Source: Vicugna vicugna (lineage: Eukaryota). Taken from it: 54,096 nt of DNA. Below, piece after piece: positions 25,150-37,819 of the stretch. The stretch is taken from positions 992,001 to 1,046,096 of the forward strand of contig MU057801.1 of assembly GCA_013265495.1 (NCBI GenBank). Reading direction: 5' to 3'. The notes under the pieces were generated by a model. It did no database searches, was not told where the DNA came from, and saw only the letters and a list, made by a program, of their open reading frames with translations. Position numbers and translations under genes: made by a program. Every line of letters begins with the position of its first letter. Within the stretch, counting starts at the first letter, position 1.

Positions 25150-26330
25150 GTCCTGTCCAGGTCGTGGTCGGCAGCCCACGGCCACACGTGACTCCTGAGA
25201 GCTTGAGGTAGGGCTCGTGCTACTGAGGAACTGAGTTCTTAATTTTGTTTCATTTGAATTCCTGTAAGTCTTCAGACTAAAGAAGTACAAGAATGTTTTC
25301 CTGCGAAATGCAACTTGGTTGAAGTAGTGATACATTTCACTTTAACTATTCAAAGTGCTTTGGCTCCACTGAGATAGCCTAGAAGTGCAAAATAAACGCC
25401 GACCTTCAAAAGTTGGAATGAAAAATACGTTCCTCATCTCGTGAATTATTTCTACGTTGATTATGTGTTGAAATGGGAACATTTTAAATACACTGGGTTG
25501 AATGAAATACATTATTAAAATTCCTTTCACCTGTTTCAGAAACAGCTATGGATGCAGAGGGCAAACAGGTGTTGGCCAGAGGGGAGGGGACGGGCAGGGG
25601 AAAAGAAGCAGGTGGGGAGATCAAGAGGGCGAATTTCCAGCTGCAAAATGCGTGCGTCCCGGGTGTGAAATACACAGGGTGGGGAAAACAGTAACTATGT
25701 ACTGTCTTCGCATGGTGACACGTAGTAGCTGGATTATCCCGATGGTCATTTGCAACGTACAGCAATATCCGATCACTATGCTGTGTAACAGGAACTAACA
25801 CCGTGTTGCAGGCCAATTACACGTCACAAACAAACGAACAGAAAAAGAGATCAGACTTGTGGTTACCAGAGGTGGTGGGAGGGGGAACTGAATGAAGGCA
25901 GTCAAAAGTGACAAACTTCCGGTTATAAGACAGATCAGTACTAGGACGTGATGTACAACATGACAAATATAATTAACTCTGCTTTATGTTATATATGAAA
26001 GTGGCTCAAAGAGTAAATCCTAAGAGTTCTCATCACAAAGAAAAGTATTTTTTCTATTTCTTTGATTTTTGTATCTGTATGAGATGATGGATATTTACTA
26101 AACTTACTGTAATCATCATTTCATGATATATGTAAGTCAAATTATTATGCTATCCACCTTGAACTTATACAGTGCTACCTGTCAATTATATTTTAATAAA
26201 ATGGGAGGAAAAAATTATAAATAAAAATGAATAAAATCAATTTCACCTGTTTCTTTTTGCTTTTTATCATGTGGCTGTAAGAAAATTTTAAATTACATGT
26301 CTGGTTTGCATTTCTGTTGGGTAACATCAG
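25150..26330. mobile_element. hAT-Charlie MITE fragments (MER3-like ~25150-25270; MER33-like ~25345-25537 and 26233-26330), split by an L1
   Basis: actgaggaactgag...; ttgattatgtgttgaaat...ttattaaaattcctttcacctgtttc | tttcacctgtttctttttg...atgtggctgtaagaaaattttaaattacatg. Confidence 0.75.
25538..26232 (+). mobile_element. LINE-1 3' end (L1MA9-like) with two related 3'UTR modules
   Basis: L1 3'UTR text and A-rich tail. ~21-bp TSD aaaattcctttcacctgtttc (25517-25537) / aaaatcaatttcacctgtttc (26233-26253). Confidence 0.88.
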
Positions 26331-27873
26331 GTTAGAACTTTCATCCTCCGCTAGCCCGCTGCTCACCAGAGTTGAGTCAGTGGGTAAACTACAAGATAAA
26401 TTCCTTTTGCCAAAATGATTAAAGTTCCAGGTCATTGGTGTCCTCTTTTACTAAGATTAAGATAAACAAAACCAATCATTTCTTCCTGGACACTCATATA
26501 TTATTAAATCTCCAATTACTAGCCATGTTTGTAAGTTTTCTCAATATTTTCAGTATTAAAATCTTGCTAACCCATACCTGGCTTTAGGAGTCAGGAATAA
26601 TTTTCTTCATAATGAAAAGAGGCTTCCTTGTGAGTGAATCCTGCTCTCCTGGAACCTTTGGCTTTTCCCCAGGACACCCTGACTTCGTTTATCCTCCCAC
26701 CTCAGTTGCCAGGAAATTCTTGGATAAGTCATCTGATATTCTTTCTTTATTTCTATTTAACACGAGCTGAAAACCTACTCTCATTTCTTCATTTGCCACA
26801 TGGAAGAAACGTGCTGTATTTTACAGCACAAAAAGTTAGAGAATTACAAGTTAAAAATTCAGACAAAGTACATGTTTGTAACTAGTTCAGCATAACTGGT
26901 TTGGTTGTCTCTAGCCCATTTTAAGCAGCTCAACCCCCAAATGTCATGAAGAACAGCCAACGAGAAGGAGAGAGAACTTCTGGACACCTGACTCCATGGA
27001 TTAATTTGTCCTTACCTGAGCCATCCCCACATCTCAGCCCCCAACAGGGACTGTCTAAAATTCCCTAGAAGATCACAGAATTTATCCAATATCACAATAT
27101 CACAAGTCCTGAAAGGCAGGACAGGGGGCAATAAAAGAGATGGGTTTTGCCTTATCTTTTTGTTCTTTCTGGCATCAATCAGCCTTTAGAAATAACTAAA
27201 TTGATGCAAACATTTGTTGAACGGATGCCCACTTTGAAGATCATTTGCTACCCAACTGTCTTGATCATTTATATGGGTCCCAGGGAGGATTTCAAAGAGT
27301 CTCCCACCCTTGTTACTCAGATAAAAGGGAGAATCAGGTGTTGAGTTTGGTTGTGTGTGTGTGTATATATATATGCATGTGTGTGCATGTGTGGTTTAAT
27401 ATTTGATGAGGCTTCTATTTCACATACACAAGGATTCCCATGTGAGTTTTATTTTTCTGTTCTTTAATTGAAGTGATACAGATTGAATCAAAGATGGAAA
27501 ATGCAGTAAGATCCAAAAGGGAGAAATTATTTACAGCCAGAAAAGTGACATATAATTATCTGGCCTGACATACATAAAGCAAATGTTTTTCCATGTATGT
27601 AGTAGCAGCAATACACGGCAGAGGGGCTTAAGTCAGAAAACACAAAGGAAAGAAAGGTTGGTAAAGATAATCAGCAGACAAATACAAAAGGTCTACCTTC
27701 CAAGGCTAAGGAGGGGTGGATAGGAGAGGGTGAACATGAATCACATCCTCATGTGATGTAACAGAAGTTCAGCAGAAAATGTGGGAAGATTAAAAAAATC
27801 AAGAACATTGGGGAGCCATATTGATAAGAGTTATGGACGCACTTACTGGAAGACAGAATTTAAAAAGAAAAAT

Positions 27874-28560
27874 CTTTGACCCATTGGTTACTCAGGAGTA
27901 TATTGTTCAACTTCCACATATTTGAGGAGTTCCCAGTTTTATTCCTCCTAGTGATTTCTAGTTTCATATTCTTATGATCAAAAAAGATATCTGGTATAAT
28001 TTCAGTCTTCTAAAATTTGCCAGAACTTGTTTTGTGACCTAAGATATAATCTATGCTGGAGAATGTTGCGCGTACACTTAAAATGGATATACAGTCTACT
28101 GTTGTTGGATGGAGCATTCTGTATATGTCTGTTAGAGCCATTTGGTCTAAAGCATAGTTTAAGTTCAATGTTTCCTTGTTGATTTTCTGTCTGGATGACC
28201 TGTGCGTTGCTGAAAGTGTGGCACTGAAATCCCCTACTGCTATTGTATTTTTGTCAATCTCTCCCTTCAGATCTGTTAGTGTTTTCATAGTATGTTTAGG
28301 TCCTCCAATGTTGGGTGCATATGTATTTACAGTTATATATCCTGTCAATGAATTGACCCCTAAATCATTACGCAATGTCTTTCTTTGTCTCTTTTTACAG
28401 TTTTTTACTAGAACTCTCTTTTGTCTGCTATAGATGCAGCTACATCTGCTCCCTTTCGGTTCCCAGTTGCAGGGAATATCTTTTCCCACCCCTTCACTTA
28501 GAACCAGTAGGTGTTCTTGAAGCTGAAGCGAATCCCTTGTAAGGCCTAGGTCTTGTTTGG
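27874..28560 (-). mobile_element. LINE-1 ORF2 endonuclease-domain relic
   Basis: ORF 28010-28489 contains YAPN, GDF, SRQKINKETLNLNYALDQMALTDIYR, FSSIDYILGHKT. The N-terminal part is frameshifted. Confidence 0.93.
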
Positions 28561-28564
28561 AATT

Positions 28565-28735
28565 TTTTTCTCTTTTTCTTTTTCTTGATATTGTACCTAT
28601 GTGAAATGATAGATGCTAACTAAATTTATTGCAGTGGTCATTTCACAATATATGTAAGTCAAACATGATGCTGTACACCTTAAATTTGTACCATGATGTA
28701 TGTCAAGCACATCTCAAAAAAATGTAAAAAAGAAA
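28565..28735 (+). mobile_element. LINE-1 extreme 3' end
   Basis: gatgctaactaaatttattg...catttcacaatatatgtaagtcaaacatgatgctgtacaccttaaa...A-rich tail; similar to 26070-26200. Confidence 0.8.
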
Positions 28736-28744
28736 TAATTACAT

Positions 28745-29160
28745 AATAAAAAACTAGACATGATGCAAATGTCCATAAACAGTAGGCTAGGTAAATAAAT
28801 TGTGTCTTACTGACACAGCAATGATTGTGATGAACTACAACTACCTGTAACAATATGGATGAATCTTATAAACGCAATGTTGCAAGAAAGAACCCAGACA
28901 CAAAAGAGCAAATACTGTGTGGTTCTATTTATGCAAAGTTCAAAAACAGGCAGAACTAATTCATGCTGTTAGGTAGAAGCGTGTTACGTCTGGGAGGGTA
29001 TTGACTCAAGGGGGAGTGGAAGAGATTCTGTGATGCCGGTAATGTTCTTTTTCCAGATCTGGTACCAGTTACACGTGTGAATCTACTTTGTGAAAATGTA
29101 TCAAACTGTGCACTTATTATATGTGTGTATTTCAATGTGTATGCTACATTTTATAAGAAC
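28745..29160 (+). mobile_element. Old LINE-1 3' end (L1MC/ME-like)
   Basis: caatatggatgaatcttataaac...cagacacaaaagagcaaatactgtgtggttctatttatgcaaagttcaaaaacaggc. Confidence 0.8.
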
Positions 29161-29638
29161 TGTGAAGGGGCTGAAATTTTAGGCAGTTCATGGATGCCAG
29201 CAGAAGACATGAGACTCCACGGTCAGAGACAAAGGACTTTATTATTCACAGAAATTGTGAGGTTCTTGTTTACATCAGCTCCTTTCGGCCCCTGAATATT
29301 GTGGGGTGACATAGAGGGGGGCCAGGTGAATGCTACACCCACGCTGGGTTTGCATCAGACCTGAGAAACACTGAGCTCAGGAAATCTCAGTCTTTTTAAG
29401 GGGCTGCAAGCAAACACTGCTCAAACTTTGTCCCAGAGGTGAACATGTTCTTTATTATACTGGGCAGCAAACAAACCTGCCCTTGCCTCAGAAGGAAGCC
29501 CTCTCTCTGTCTTCCAAGGCTATTTGCTGTACAAACATCCTTGAACAGACAGTCTGGAACAAAAGCTGTCAGTGCCTCTGCTCACAAGACATGCAGTATA
29601 AATGTGAGAGACCCAGAGAGAATTGTCTCTGGATAATA
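29161..29638 (-). mobile_element. ERV-type solo LTR (family uncertain)
   Basis: Begins tgtgaagggg, has a reverse poly-A-type signal (gactttatta) near the left end, ~480 bp, sharply interrupts A-rich L1 tail sequence. Confidence 0.65.
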
Positions 29639-29792
29639 CTGCCATAAAAGTGTACATTTAAAAAAACTGTCTCAGTAAATCATTTCAGGGGTCAAAGATA
29701 ACGTTCCTTTGACCATTCTTTTGCTCTGAGTCGAGAGGTGATCACTATTTTGGGGGTGCATTCCTTTCCAGACCATAACTGTACAATTACAA

Positions 29793-29831
<39 letters not shown>
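29793..29831. repeat. (AT)n(GT)n microsatellite
   Basis: Direct inspection. Confidence 0.95.
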
Positions 29832-29833
<2 letters not shown>

Positions 29834-30479
29834 AAGACAGAGACAGAGATGGAAAGACAGACAGAGAGGGTAGGCGTGATGTGGAGTGCAGTATGAAACA
29901 CGAGTTGAAAGTACACAGCATCATCTCCTAAGTGTCATTCTGCAACTTGCTGTTTTCACTTAACAAGATCTAGCTATCTTTCCCCTTCCTTCTTTCCTTG
30001 TCACTACGTACACGCATATTTCCTTCTTTCTTCTAGCCTTCTGCACAGGGAGACACAGTTTAATTAAATGTTTCTCTCTTGAATGTGTTCGGTTTTTGTT
30101 GTTTGGGGTTTGGGTTTTGGGGGTTTGAGTGGGTTTTTTTGTTTATTTGTTTTTGCTGTTACAAACCATGCTTCAGAGCCCGTTGTCAGACAGGTCTCTT
30201 TCTACATTTGTGCAAACACTTCCCTAGGGTAGGTTCCAAGGGGAAGGATTGTAGCCAAACTGCCCTCCAAAACTACTGCCCCAGTTATCTCACTAGCAGT
30301 TTCTGAGGGTGCCCACTTCCCCTTGAACTTGCCAATTTTGCACACTATTGCTTATGTTAATTTTCATCGACTGGAAAGGAGAGGAAGCCGACCTCCTGTT
30401 GGAGGACTGGTTTGCACCACCCTGATCTCCAGTAAGGCTGGGTGTATTTTCACATCTCATTTCTCAGGTCACCATATCT

Positions 30480-30620
30480 AACGTGTACCTGCCAGGGACT
30501 GCAGTGGGCCCTTGATGTGAAGTATCCCACTTTACTCTCACAACCCACCTGTGACGTGGCAGTGAGGCAGGGCTTCTGCTCTCCCAGGTGATGGAGGGGG
30601 AAACTGAGACTTTGGAAGAA
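30480..30620 (-). mobile_element. MIR SINE fragment
   Basis: ctctcacaaccc...ggtgatggagggggaaactgagacttt. Confidence 0.55.
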
Positions 30621-30689
30621 GAAGTGGGATAACCAGCTTGGATGCATTCATCTGGGAAGCATTTGTGGCAGTAAATTCTTTCTCCAATT

Positions 30690-31130
30690 AATTACACAAT
30701 CTCTGTTCTCTTTTTCCCAGGTAAGAGAACCCAGACTGAGCAGTGACATGTCAGCTTCAGATCTGTACTTCCCAGCCTTCTTCGTAGGTAGAAATAGCCT
30801 CATGAAAGTTCTCACTAAAGAGCTACAAACACAAGTTAGGGATGGAGCTACCTCCTGCAGAGCTCCTTGGAGGGACATACTGCTCAGGCCCTTTGCCTTG
30901 TCCTCCTCCCTTCTTTCTCCTTCAGATGAGATGGCTGAAACCATGCAGCCACAAGTGACCATGAGGCCTCCTTGCAATGGAAGGGATGTTCTAGAAAAGG
31001 TGAAGTAGAAAAGACAAAAGGGATCTGGAACATTAACAGCATCTTGGAGCCCATTCCCGTCTACCCTAGACTATCCACTTCCGACATGCCCGTTACATGA
31101 TTGAAAAGTGACCCCCTCTGCTTTTCTGCA
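30690..31130. mobile_element. Old MaLR (MLT1J/K-like) fragments
   Basis: gagatggctgaaaccatgcagccacaagtgaccatgagg...ctagactatccacttcc; highly degenerate. Confidence 0.4.
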
Positions 31131-31899
31131 TTTACTGAGACAGGATTCGGACCAAAGCCAAACCCACAACCTTGACCCTCAGACGATGCTGATCACTCCT
31201 CACCACACAGCAGGGACGCTGTGACCACAGGAGTCACCGCCAGCAGCCAGTAAAGACCAGAAACATCCTGCTCTTGCTACGCTCCCACCCTGATTCCAAG
31301 TCACAGCAATTTCAGTCCCATAACACCAACCAGAGAGGTGGTGCTTGTGATGGATAAAAGTAGACACTGCCTAACACTGCACAACCTTCTTTATGGATAA
31401 TATCTGCACCAGGGAGTGAAGGTTTATAGAAGAGAACACAGCAAATGTTTCAAACAGGAAGTTCCCCTTCTGGCCTCACCACTGGCTTTGCTGGGTGACC
31501 TGAGAAAATCACATCGTTTCTCTTGCTTTCCTTTCCTTACATGTTCATTAAATGGCCTTTTGTGCCGCAGGCTTGAGATGAGAGTCCAGTGGGGAAATAC
31601 ACATGGAAGCTTTTCAGAAAAACCAATGCTGCTCTGGACACAGAAGGAATCACTGTTTAAAGACTGGATTCCCAGTGTACGTACGTGTACACCAAGCCCG
31701 GAGAGCCTTGTGGTTATCATCGTCGCATTGTGGTGACCCCAATTTTCTCCCTCTTTTTTAGCCACTATGTTGTGGGAGACCCCAGGAGGCCCAGAAATAC
31801 TGGCAGAATAGAGCTACCTAGTCACACGGAGGGGTGGGTGTCTCCCTGCATGCGCGTGTGGAAGCTTTAGCCTTTTCCTCGTTGTTTCATATATTTCGT

Positions 31900-34450
31900 G
31901 CACAGGATTGCTGAATATTCATTGATCTACCTGGGGCCCATGAGTGTGCTATTAGAAATGCATTGCTTATCTATAGTTTTGAAATGGTGAAGTAATTCAG
32001 CGTTGATCCTTTGCGAGATAGATTTGCTACCTTAAACCGAAGTGACAATAACTCCCTGGCTGTCTGCGGTTCCTTCTCGAGCTGAGCTGATATCCTTGAT
32101 GTCGCTAACAAACCAGAGAGCGCCTGTGAGAGTCCTGTAAGTCACCATTAAATTGAAAAAGGCCCGAAAGAGCGAGCTCACTCCTGCGAGGGAAGAGAAG
32201 CGAGAAAAGGGCGAAGCGATGGTTGTGCGTGACTCACTCGGACCTGCTGCGGTAAATGCCCCTGGCCGGCTCTCCTTTCTCTGGGCTTGGAATTCTCTCC
32301 CGGAAGGTGTTCCTCCCGCCCAGGAAGAGCTGGCCTGGGGGCTGGCTAGTAAACATGATTTTTAAAGCCTCCTGAAACACAGATGGCCTTGTGTGGGCTA
32401 CAAGCCTTTCCTTTTGCACACAGCATCCCGAGGTCCAGTTAGTCTCCGCGGACTGGGGATAGGGCACCCAAACAGCATGTCACTTGGGGTCTGGGGTTTT
32501 GTGACAGCCTAGAAGATTAAATAAACACTCGATGAAAGAACTTCTTTCCAAAGATGACAAGCGAGCAGGTCCAGATTTGGGCTCCTGTCGCCAAATGGAA
32601 CATGCAGATGGCTCTCCCAGCATATAAGGGAGGGGATATTCATGCCGCTCTGCATGAAAGGCAAGGATGGTATATTATTCGGGAAGAAATACAGCCGTGC
32701 AAAAATAACCAGTAAAAGTGCGCCTTCCGGGTGTTTTATTGTAGATTTCCGAACGTCCTTTCATTGTTTCAACAGGAGTTGCCATTTCAGCCGGCGGCGC
32801 TGACAGGCAACGCTCTGTGACATGTTGGCAAATGATTTTACCGTTTTCCTCTCTGTCCTTATGAGTGATATTTATAGACTAAGAATTGCATTTGGTTCCG
32901 CTTTCCGACGCAGTTATCTTCAGGGGCGTGGATTAAATGTAGATCTGGGTGTTGAAAGGCATTTACATAAGTGCTGTTTGTGAACCGGAGGCCAGTACTT
33001 CTATTATCGCCAGAACATTTAAATCTTAATGACTGGCATTGTTGTCTAAAAGACGGTGTTTTTCCTGCTGAGAAACTGCATTAGATTCAAGAAACGGAGC
33101 TCATTTCCATTCTCTCGGCAGTCTCTCTAGAAATGACATGCAGTGCTTGAAACTGTTTATTTCCAAATTCAGGCCTCCCTCGCATCAGTCATCAGCTTCA
33201 ATTACCGGTTTTCCGGAGCCGAGCCATCAGGCAGTCTGACACCGGGGTCCGGCCTAATTCCCACCTTCTCCAGAGTCAAGAGCATAATGTGCGGATGAAA
33301 AGGTGCAAAATAGCCCGGACTTCATTAGCATGCAGGGCCCGGCTGTTCATTTGCTGGCTGCGAAGGGAAGTTCTGACACTCAGAGCCGGCTGCCAAATGA
33401 GAAAAGTCCTCTTCAGGGGAGATGGGGTCCTCGGCGGCGAGGAAAGGTCATCAAACAGACAGCCACTGCCCTTGCTCCCTGCTCTCCAGGACGACTGATT
33501 GATTCCAGGGACACCTCATTACACGCCGGATCAACATGTTATTGCCGCGTTCTGGGACTGAACTGTTTACAAGTGTCTTTATCGCCCGCAAAGGCCTGCC
33601 CGGCGGTGCTCGGCTGCACTCATTTGGCTGTGACCCTCCAATTATGTGTTATCCGATATGTTGCTGGGGATCTTGATCTTTGCCCGGGTCTTCTCCCCGC
33701 ATCCACACAGTCCCATTTACTACTTCTTTCTAACCACTCTTCGGGAAAGTAGCCATTAGCCTGTCAGCGTGCGCGCGCGTGCGCATGCGCGCTCTGCTGC
33801 CGGAACTCCGAGCATCGTTTCGCCGATGCCTGCTCTGCGTGAGGCTCATAATCAGGTGAGAGAAAGAAATTCTCTCCGCTCTCTCTCTCTCTCTCAACAC
33901 GCACACACCTTTTTTTTTTAAGGCATGAGGATTACCCACACAGTTTGCAATCAGCATGCACAGCCGGGAGCCTGAGGCGCCTTCTTACCCAGCTCCCTCT
34001 CCTCACACACAAGCCCGCCGGGAGCACTGCCATATTTCATTTGGGCACAGCCACTGCAAACCACCGCTCTAATCTTTCATCACAGACACTTCTATGGCTC
34101 CACGAAAGGAAGAGTGGAACAGCAACCCGATTAAAGACTCGGGCAGAAGATGGTGCAACCTCCCTCCTCCCCCCAAAGCGGGGACGAAGCCCTAGATTAG
34201 AGAGGAGTGGGCTCTGCGATGCAGACTGGATTTCCATTTCCCTCCGGTGGTGACTGCTGGCTTCTCTCTAATGATGCTGTGTGTTGACAACTTCGGTTCA
34301 TTGCCACGAATGTTGCTCTGGGGAGATTTAACGACCGCTGAAACTCTGGGCCATTTCCACCAAGTACTAAGGGTGGGGGGGGTTGCATTTACAACTCCAG
34401 TAGCCATCAGGAATGGCTCCTTAATGAGTCGGAGAACGTAGCAAAGCAAA
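31900..34450. promoter_or_regulatory. Repeat-free, CpG-retaining putative enhancer block
   Basis: No recognisable TE over ~2.5 kb; cattgtt (32762), tgacag (32801), attagcat (33324), tgcgcatgcgc (33780-33790). Confidence 0.5.
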
Positions 34451-35469
34451 TGCCAAGAAACTTGCCTTTACGTTTCCTGGAAGAGCGTACCCCTTGGCAA
34501 CGGGCACAGACTACGAGTGAAGTGAAACTCAAGACTAACTGCCTTCAGAAAGGGGACACCTGCATGTCCATTCATGCCCAGCTGTTTCCCAGATTCCCCT
34601 GGTAGTTACCTTTAATTCTCTACAGACGTTATTTTTCCATTTTTCAAATTTGTGGAGAGGAGTTTGGTAAAGTTCTCAAGTTCTTGTCCTTTCTGAAATC
34701 CCTGGGTCCTGGCTTCCTGACAAGTGACTAACTGAAAAGGCTGAATAAAGCCCCCGCATGCGGGTGCTCCAGCTCAGTTAAAGAGCCCACCAAGTGTTTG
34801 AAGACACTACAAATTCTGTGGTGTCATCAACCAACAAATAGCCTTTGGAAGAGGTGTCGATGATGGCAAGGATTGCTCTGGGTTTATTTTTGGAGACATG
34901 ATTGAACGTGGAGCAGTTTGGTCAAGGGATAAAGGTAAAACAAGTGGGGCTGTTTACCAGGCTTCCCATCTGAAGAGCGCGTCTCACTGTGATTAGGATT
35001 CAGAGAATGCCAAAAAGGCTGGCTCCCAATAACCAGGGGTTACCCACAAGGAAAAGAATTTCTTTATGCACTTACAAGAGGTTGTAAAGATGAAGCAATG
35101 CAAGCACGCGGTCAGTGGGCTGTGGGGGGCTGGATGTTCTGGGCAGAAGGAAGAGCTCCTTCCAGGGTCTTCCAACAATTTTTATAACCAGCCCACTTCT
35201 TATTTCCACCATAAAAAAAAGAATTCCTTTCTGTTATGGCTTTAACGCCTCATCTTCTGTATGAACCCCCCAAACTGGTACCAGAAGATTCTCTTTAGTT
35301 AAGAAGATGACCAGTAATCCTTGACCCTCTGGCTTTCTCTCCCTTCTTTAGGAATCACACATACCTCTTTTCTGATGGTTAATAAAACAAGCAGACATCA
35401 TCTGCAAGCACAGTGACGTGGTGAAATGATCAGATGGTAAGTGACGAAACAGACCCTTGTTTTAGAAGT

Positions 35470-35700
35470 CATTTATTAAATGTAACTTTGTGCCAGGGAA
35501 CTTTCTAGAAACTTAGCATACATTTACTTATTAAAAACAATCCCATGACTTGGGTATTCCTAGTCCCATTTTCCAGATGAGGAACCCTATTCACACACCT
35601 GAGTTTTCAAATGTCCCAAGGTCGCCAGGCTCATGACAGGGGCAGAATTGAAACCCAGGTGTGACTCCCGGCAGAGTCCAGGCTGCCTTCTGCCTCTCCT
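35470..35700 (-). mobile_element. MIR SINE
   Basis: catttattaaatg...tgtgccagg...cccattttccagatgaggaa...cccaaggtcgccagg...ggcagaattgaaacccagg. Confidence 0.8.
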
Positions 35701-37199
35701 AGAGCCAGAGACCGTAACAAAGTCCATAAAGTGCATCTTCTGCCTGGCAGCCAACGTCAACCCACAACACGCTGCCAGTCACGACAATGTGCAGAAACCT
35801 CCATCCTCTCCACCTCTCATATCCTTGGTCACAAGGTGGGCTGTGCAAGCCTTCTTTCATTGACATAAGCAAGAAGGTTTCGATCCAGAAAGGCAATTCA
35901 GAGCACGTAGTTCAAAAGTGTGGTGGGGGTGTATATTCAGGGAGCTACAGAAGGACCCCCGCCAGTGACTAGGAGCAACCAGGGCAGTTTCATCAGTTTT
36001 CAGCACTTTGCTCATCCCGGTTGTCTGCTGAGCTTCCTTTAGTGCTTCTACTAAAGGTTTTACTGAAACACGACAACAGTACCGATTCCACTCCCCGCAG
36101 ACCCCACGGGTGAGTTTTCCCACAGGCTTACTCTGCCTTCAGGACCGTCGTACCTAAGGGGCCAGTCACAGCATAGAAGGCTGGATCCCAGAGACTGGAG
36201 GAATGTCCATCCGCTGATGGCAAAGCCACTCAGATGTGCTTCATAGGTTCTGGAATCTTCCTTTCACTGCACCCGCTTCCGTTTCTCTCTTGTCCGTGAG
36301 AACTCTAGCCACTTTTGAATGCCCAGGACAATGTGTTATTCAGAATGTGTCCTGGACAACTGGCCTGGCAAACATGAGTGAAACGTGTCCACAGGGACCC
36401 CCTCTTCAGCTCTTCTTCCTTCAGCATCAGTGGCCTCCAGTCTCCCAGCACATTCATGCCACCCCAGTTTCTTCTGTGAGAAAAAAAAAAAACACTGTGC
36501 TTACCACTTGATTTGTGCTAAGTCATCAGAGATTCAAATTCCTCCCCTATCACCACTTCCATTCCATCTCCAATGGGCAGTACTTGCATTTTAAAAGAGG
36601 ACAAGGCGTGACACAGGAAACAGTGCATCATGGGCGGAGAGGTGGTGTTGGAAGGAGAAGCCTTCCAGGGACCGTCCAAGGGATCCAGCCCAGTTACAGA
36701 CATGGCCGTTCCCGCCTGCAGGTGTATCTGTCACCTGAGCCTCATGTAGGCTGGGAGGAGTTCAGAATTACTTGATTTTTCAGAACAAGCTCAACTACAA
36801 AAGAGCCCTACTGACCTAGATCTTAGCCCAAGGGCATCTGTCGCTCCCTCCACCAGCCCCGACTTCTCTGTCCTTCCCTTGTCTTTGCACCGACACACAC
36901 CAGCAGCCCACAGTGTGCTCCGAACTGTGCAAAACATTCTCCAAACTCTAACCTACAGTTTCTGCCTTCAAAGAGCCAACATGAACAGCAACAAAAGGTC
37001 TCATGAGTCAGCAAACAAGGACAGAATAACGCTTGTGTGTGGGAAGAGGCGCCCTAGGCGTTCAGACGGGGCAGAAGGCGCAGGCGGGCAGCAGGCGGGG
37101 AAGGCTTGCTATCTGAGGCAGGCTGGGGTGCAGCTTGGGGATGTGAGTACGTCGAAAGGGGCAAGGACATGCCAGGGCCATATTTGTCTTGTCTACCCC

Positions 37200-37636
37200 T
37201 TTCCCGTACACACCTGCAGCTCCTCCCATCAAAAGCAGGAGCCTGTCTCCATCTGCTTGAATCTCGGAAGACCGTGTGACCTGCTTTAACCAACAGAATG
37301 AGATGGGAGTGACACGTGGAGACCTCCAGTGCCACAGGTCCTCCACAGACCAGCAGCTTCCACCTCCTCCCCCTTGGAGCCTAGCCGCCATGCTCTGAGC
37401 AAGTCCAGGCCAAGCTACGGAATGATGGAGACCATGTGAAGAGAGGTCCCGGAAGATGAGAGGCCACCTGGGTCACTCCACATGAGTAAGCCCACCTGAC
37501 CGTCCCTGGAGACGTGCCCAGCAAATCCTGCCTGCCTGAGTCCCCGACTCACAGGGCTGCGGGAGGTAATAAACTGCTGTTGTTTGAAGCCACTTATTTG
37601 GGGCAGTTAGTTAAGCGGCAATAGGTAAGTGGTACA
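37200..37636 (+). mobile_element. MaLR LTR, MLT1F/G-like
   Basis: ctcctcccatcaaaag...cttgaatctcgg...tgacctgctttaaccaacagaatg...aataaactgctgttgtttgaagccac...gcaataggtaagtggtaca. Confidence 0.85.
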
Positions 37637-37819
37637 GTGGAGACCAAGGTGGGGACACAGTGATGAGATGCTTTCCACATAAAAGGGTGGTGTGAATGAA
37701 AACGGACACATGTGGTACTTGGGGTGCCCTCAACTGAGTAACCAGCCTGGCTAGAGCAAGTGTTTCAGATTCGCACCTAGAATAATGTCGATGGATTAAC
37801 CAGCCCCAGGTAACTCTCA

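Noticed and set aside
28010..28489. 159-aa ORF with endonuclease motifs as a functional nuclease gene
   Set aside because: It is a frameshifted, truncated LINE-1 ORF2 endonuclease relic.
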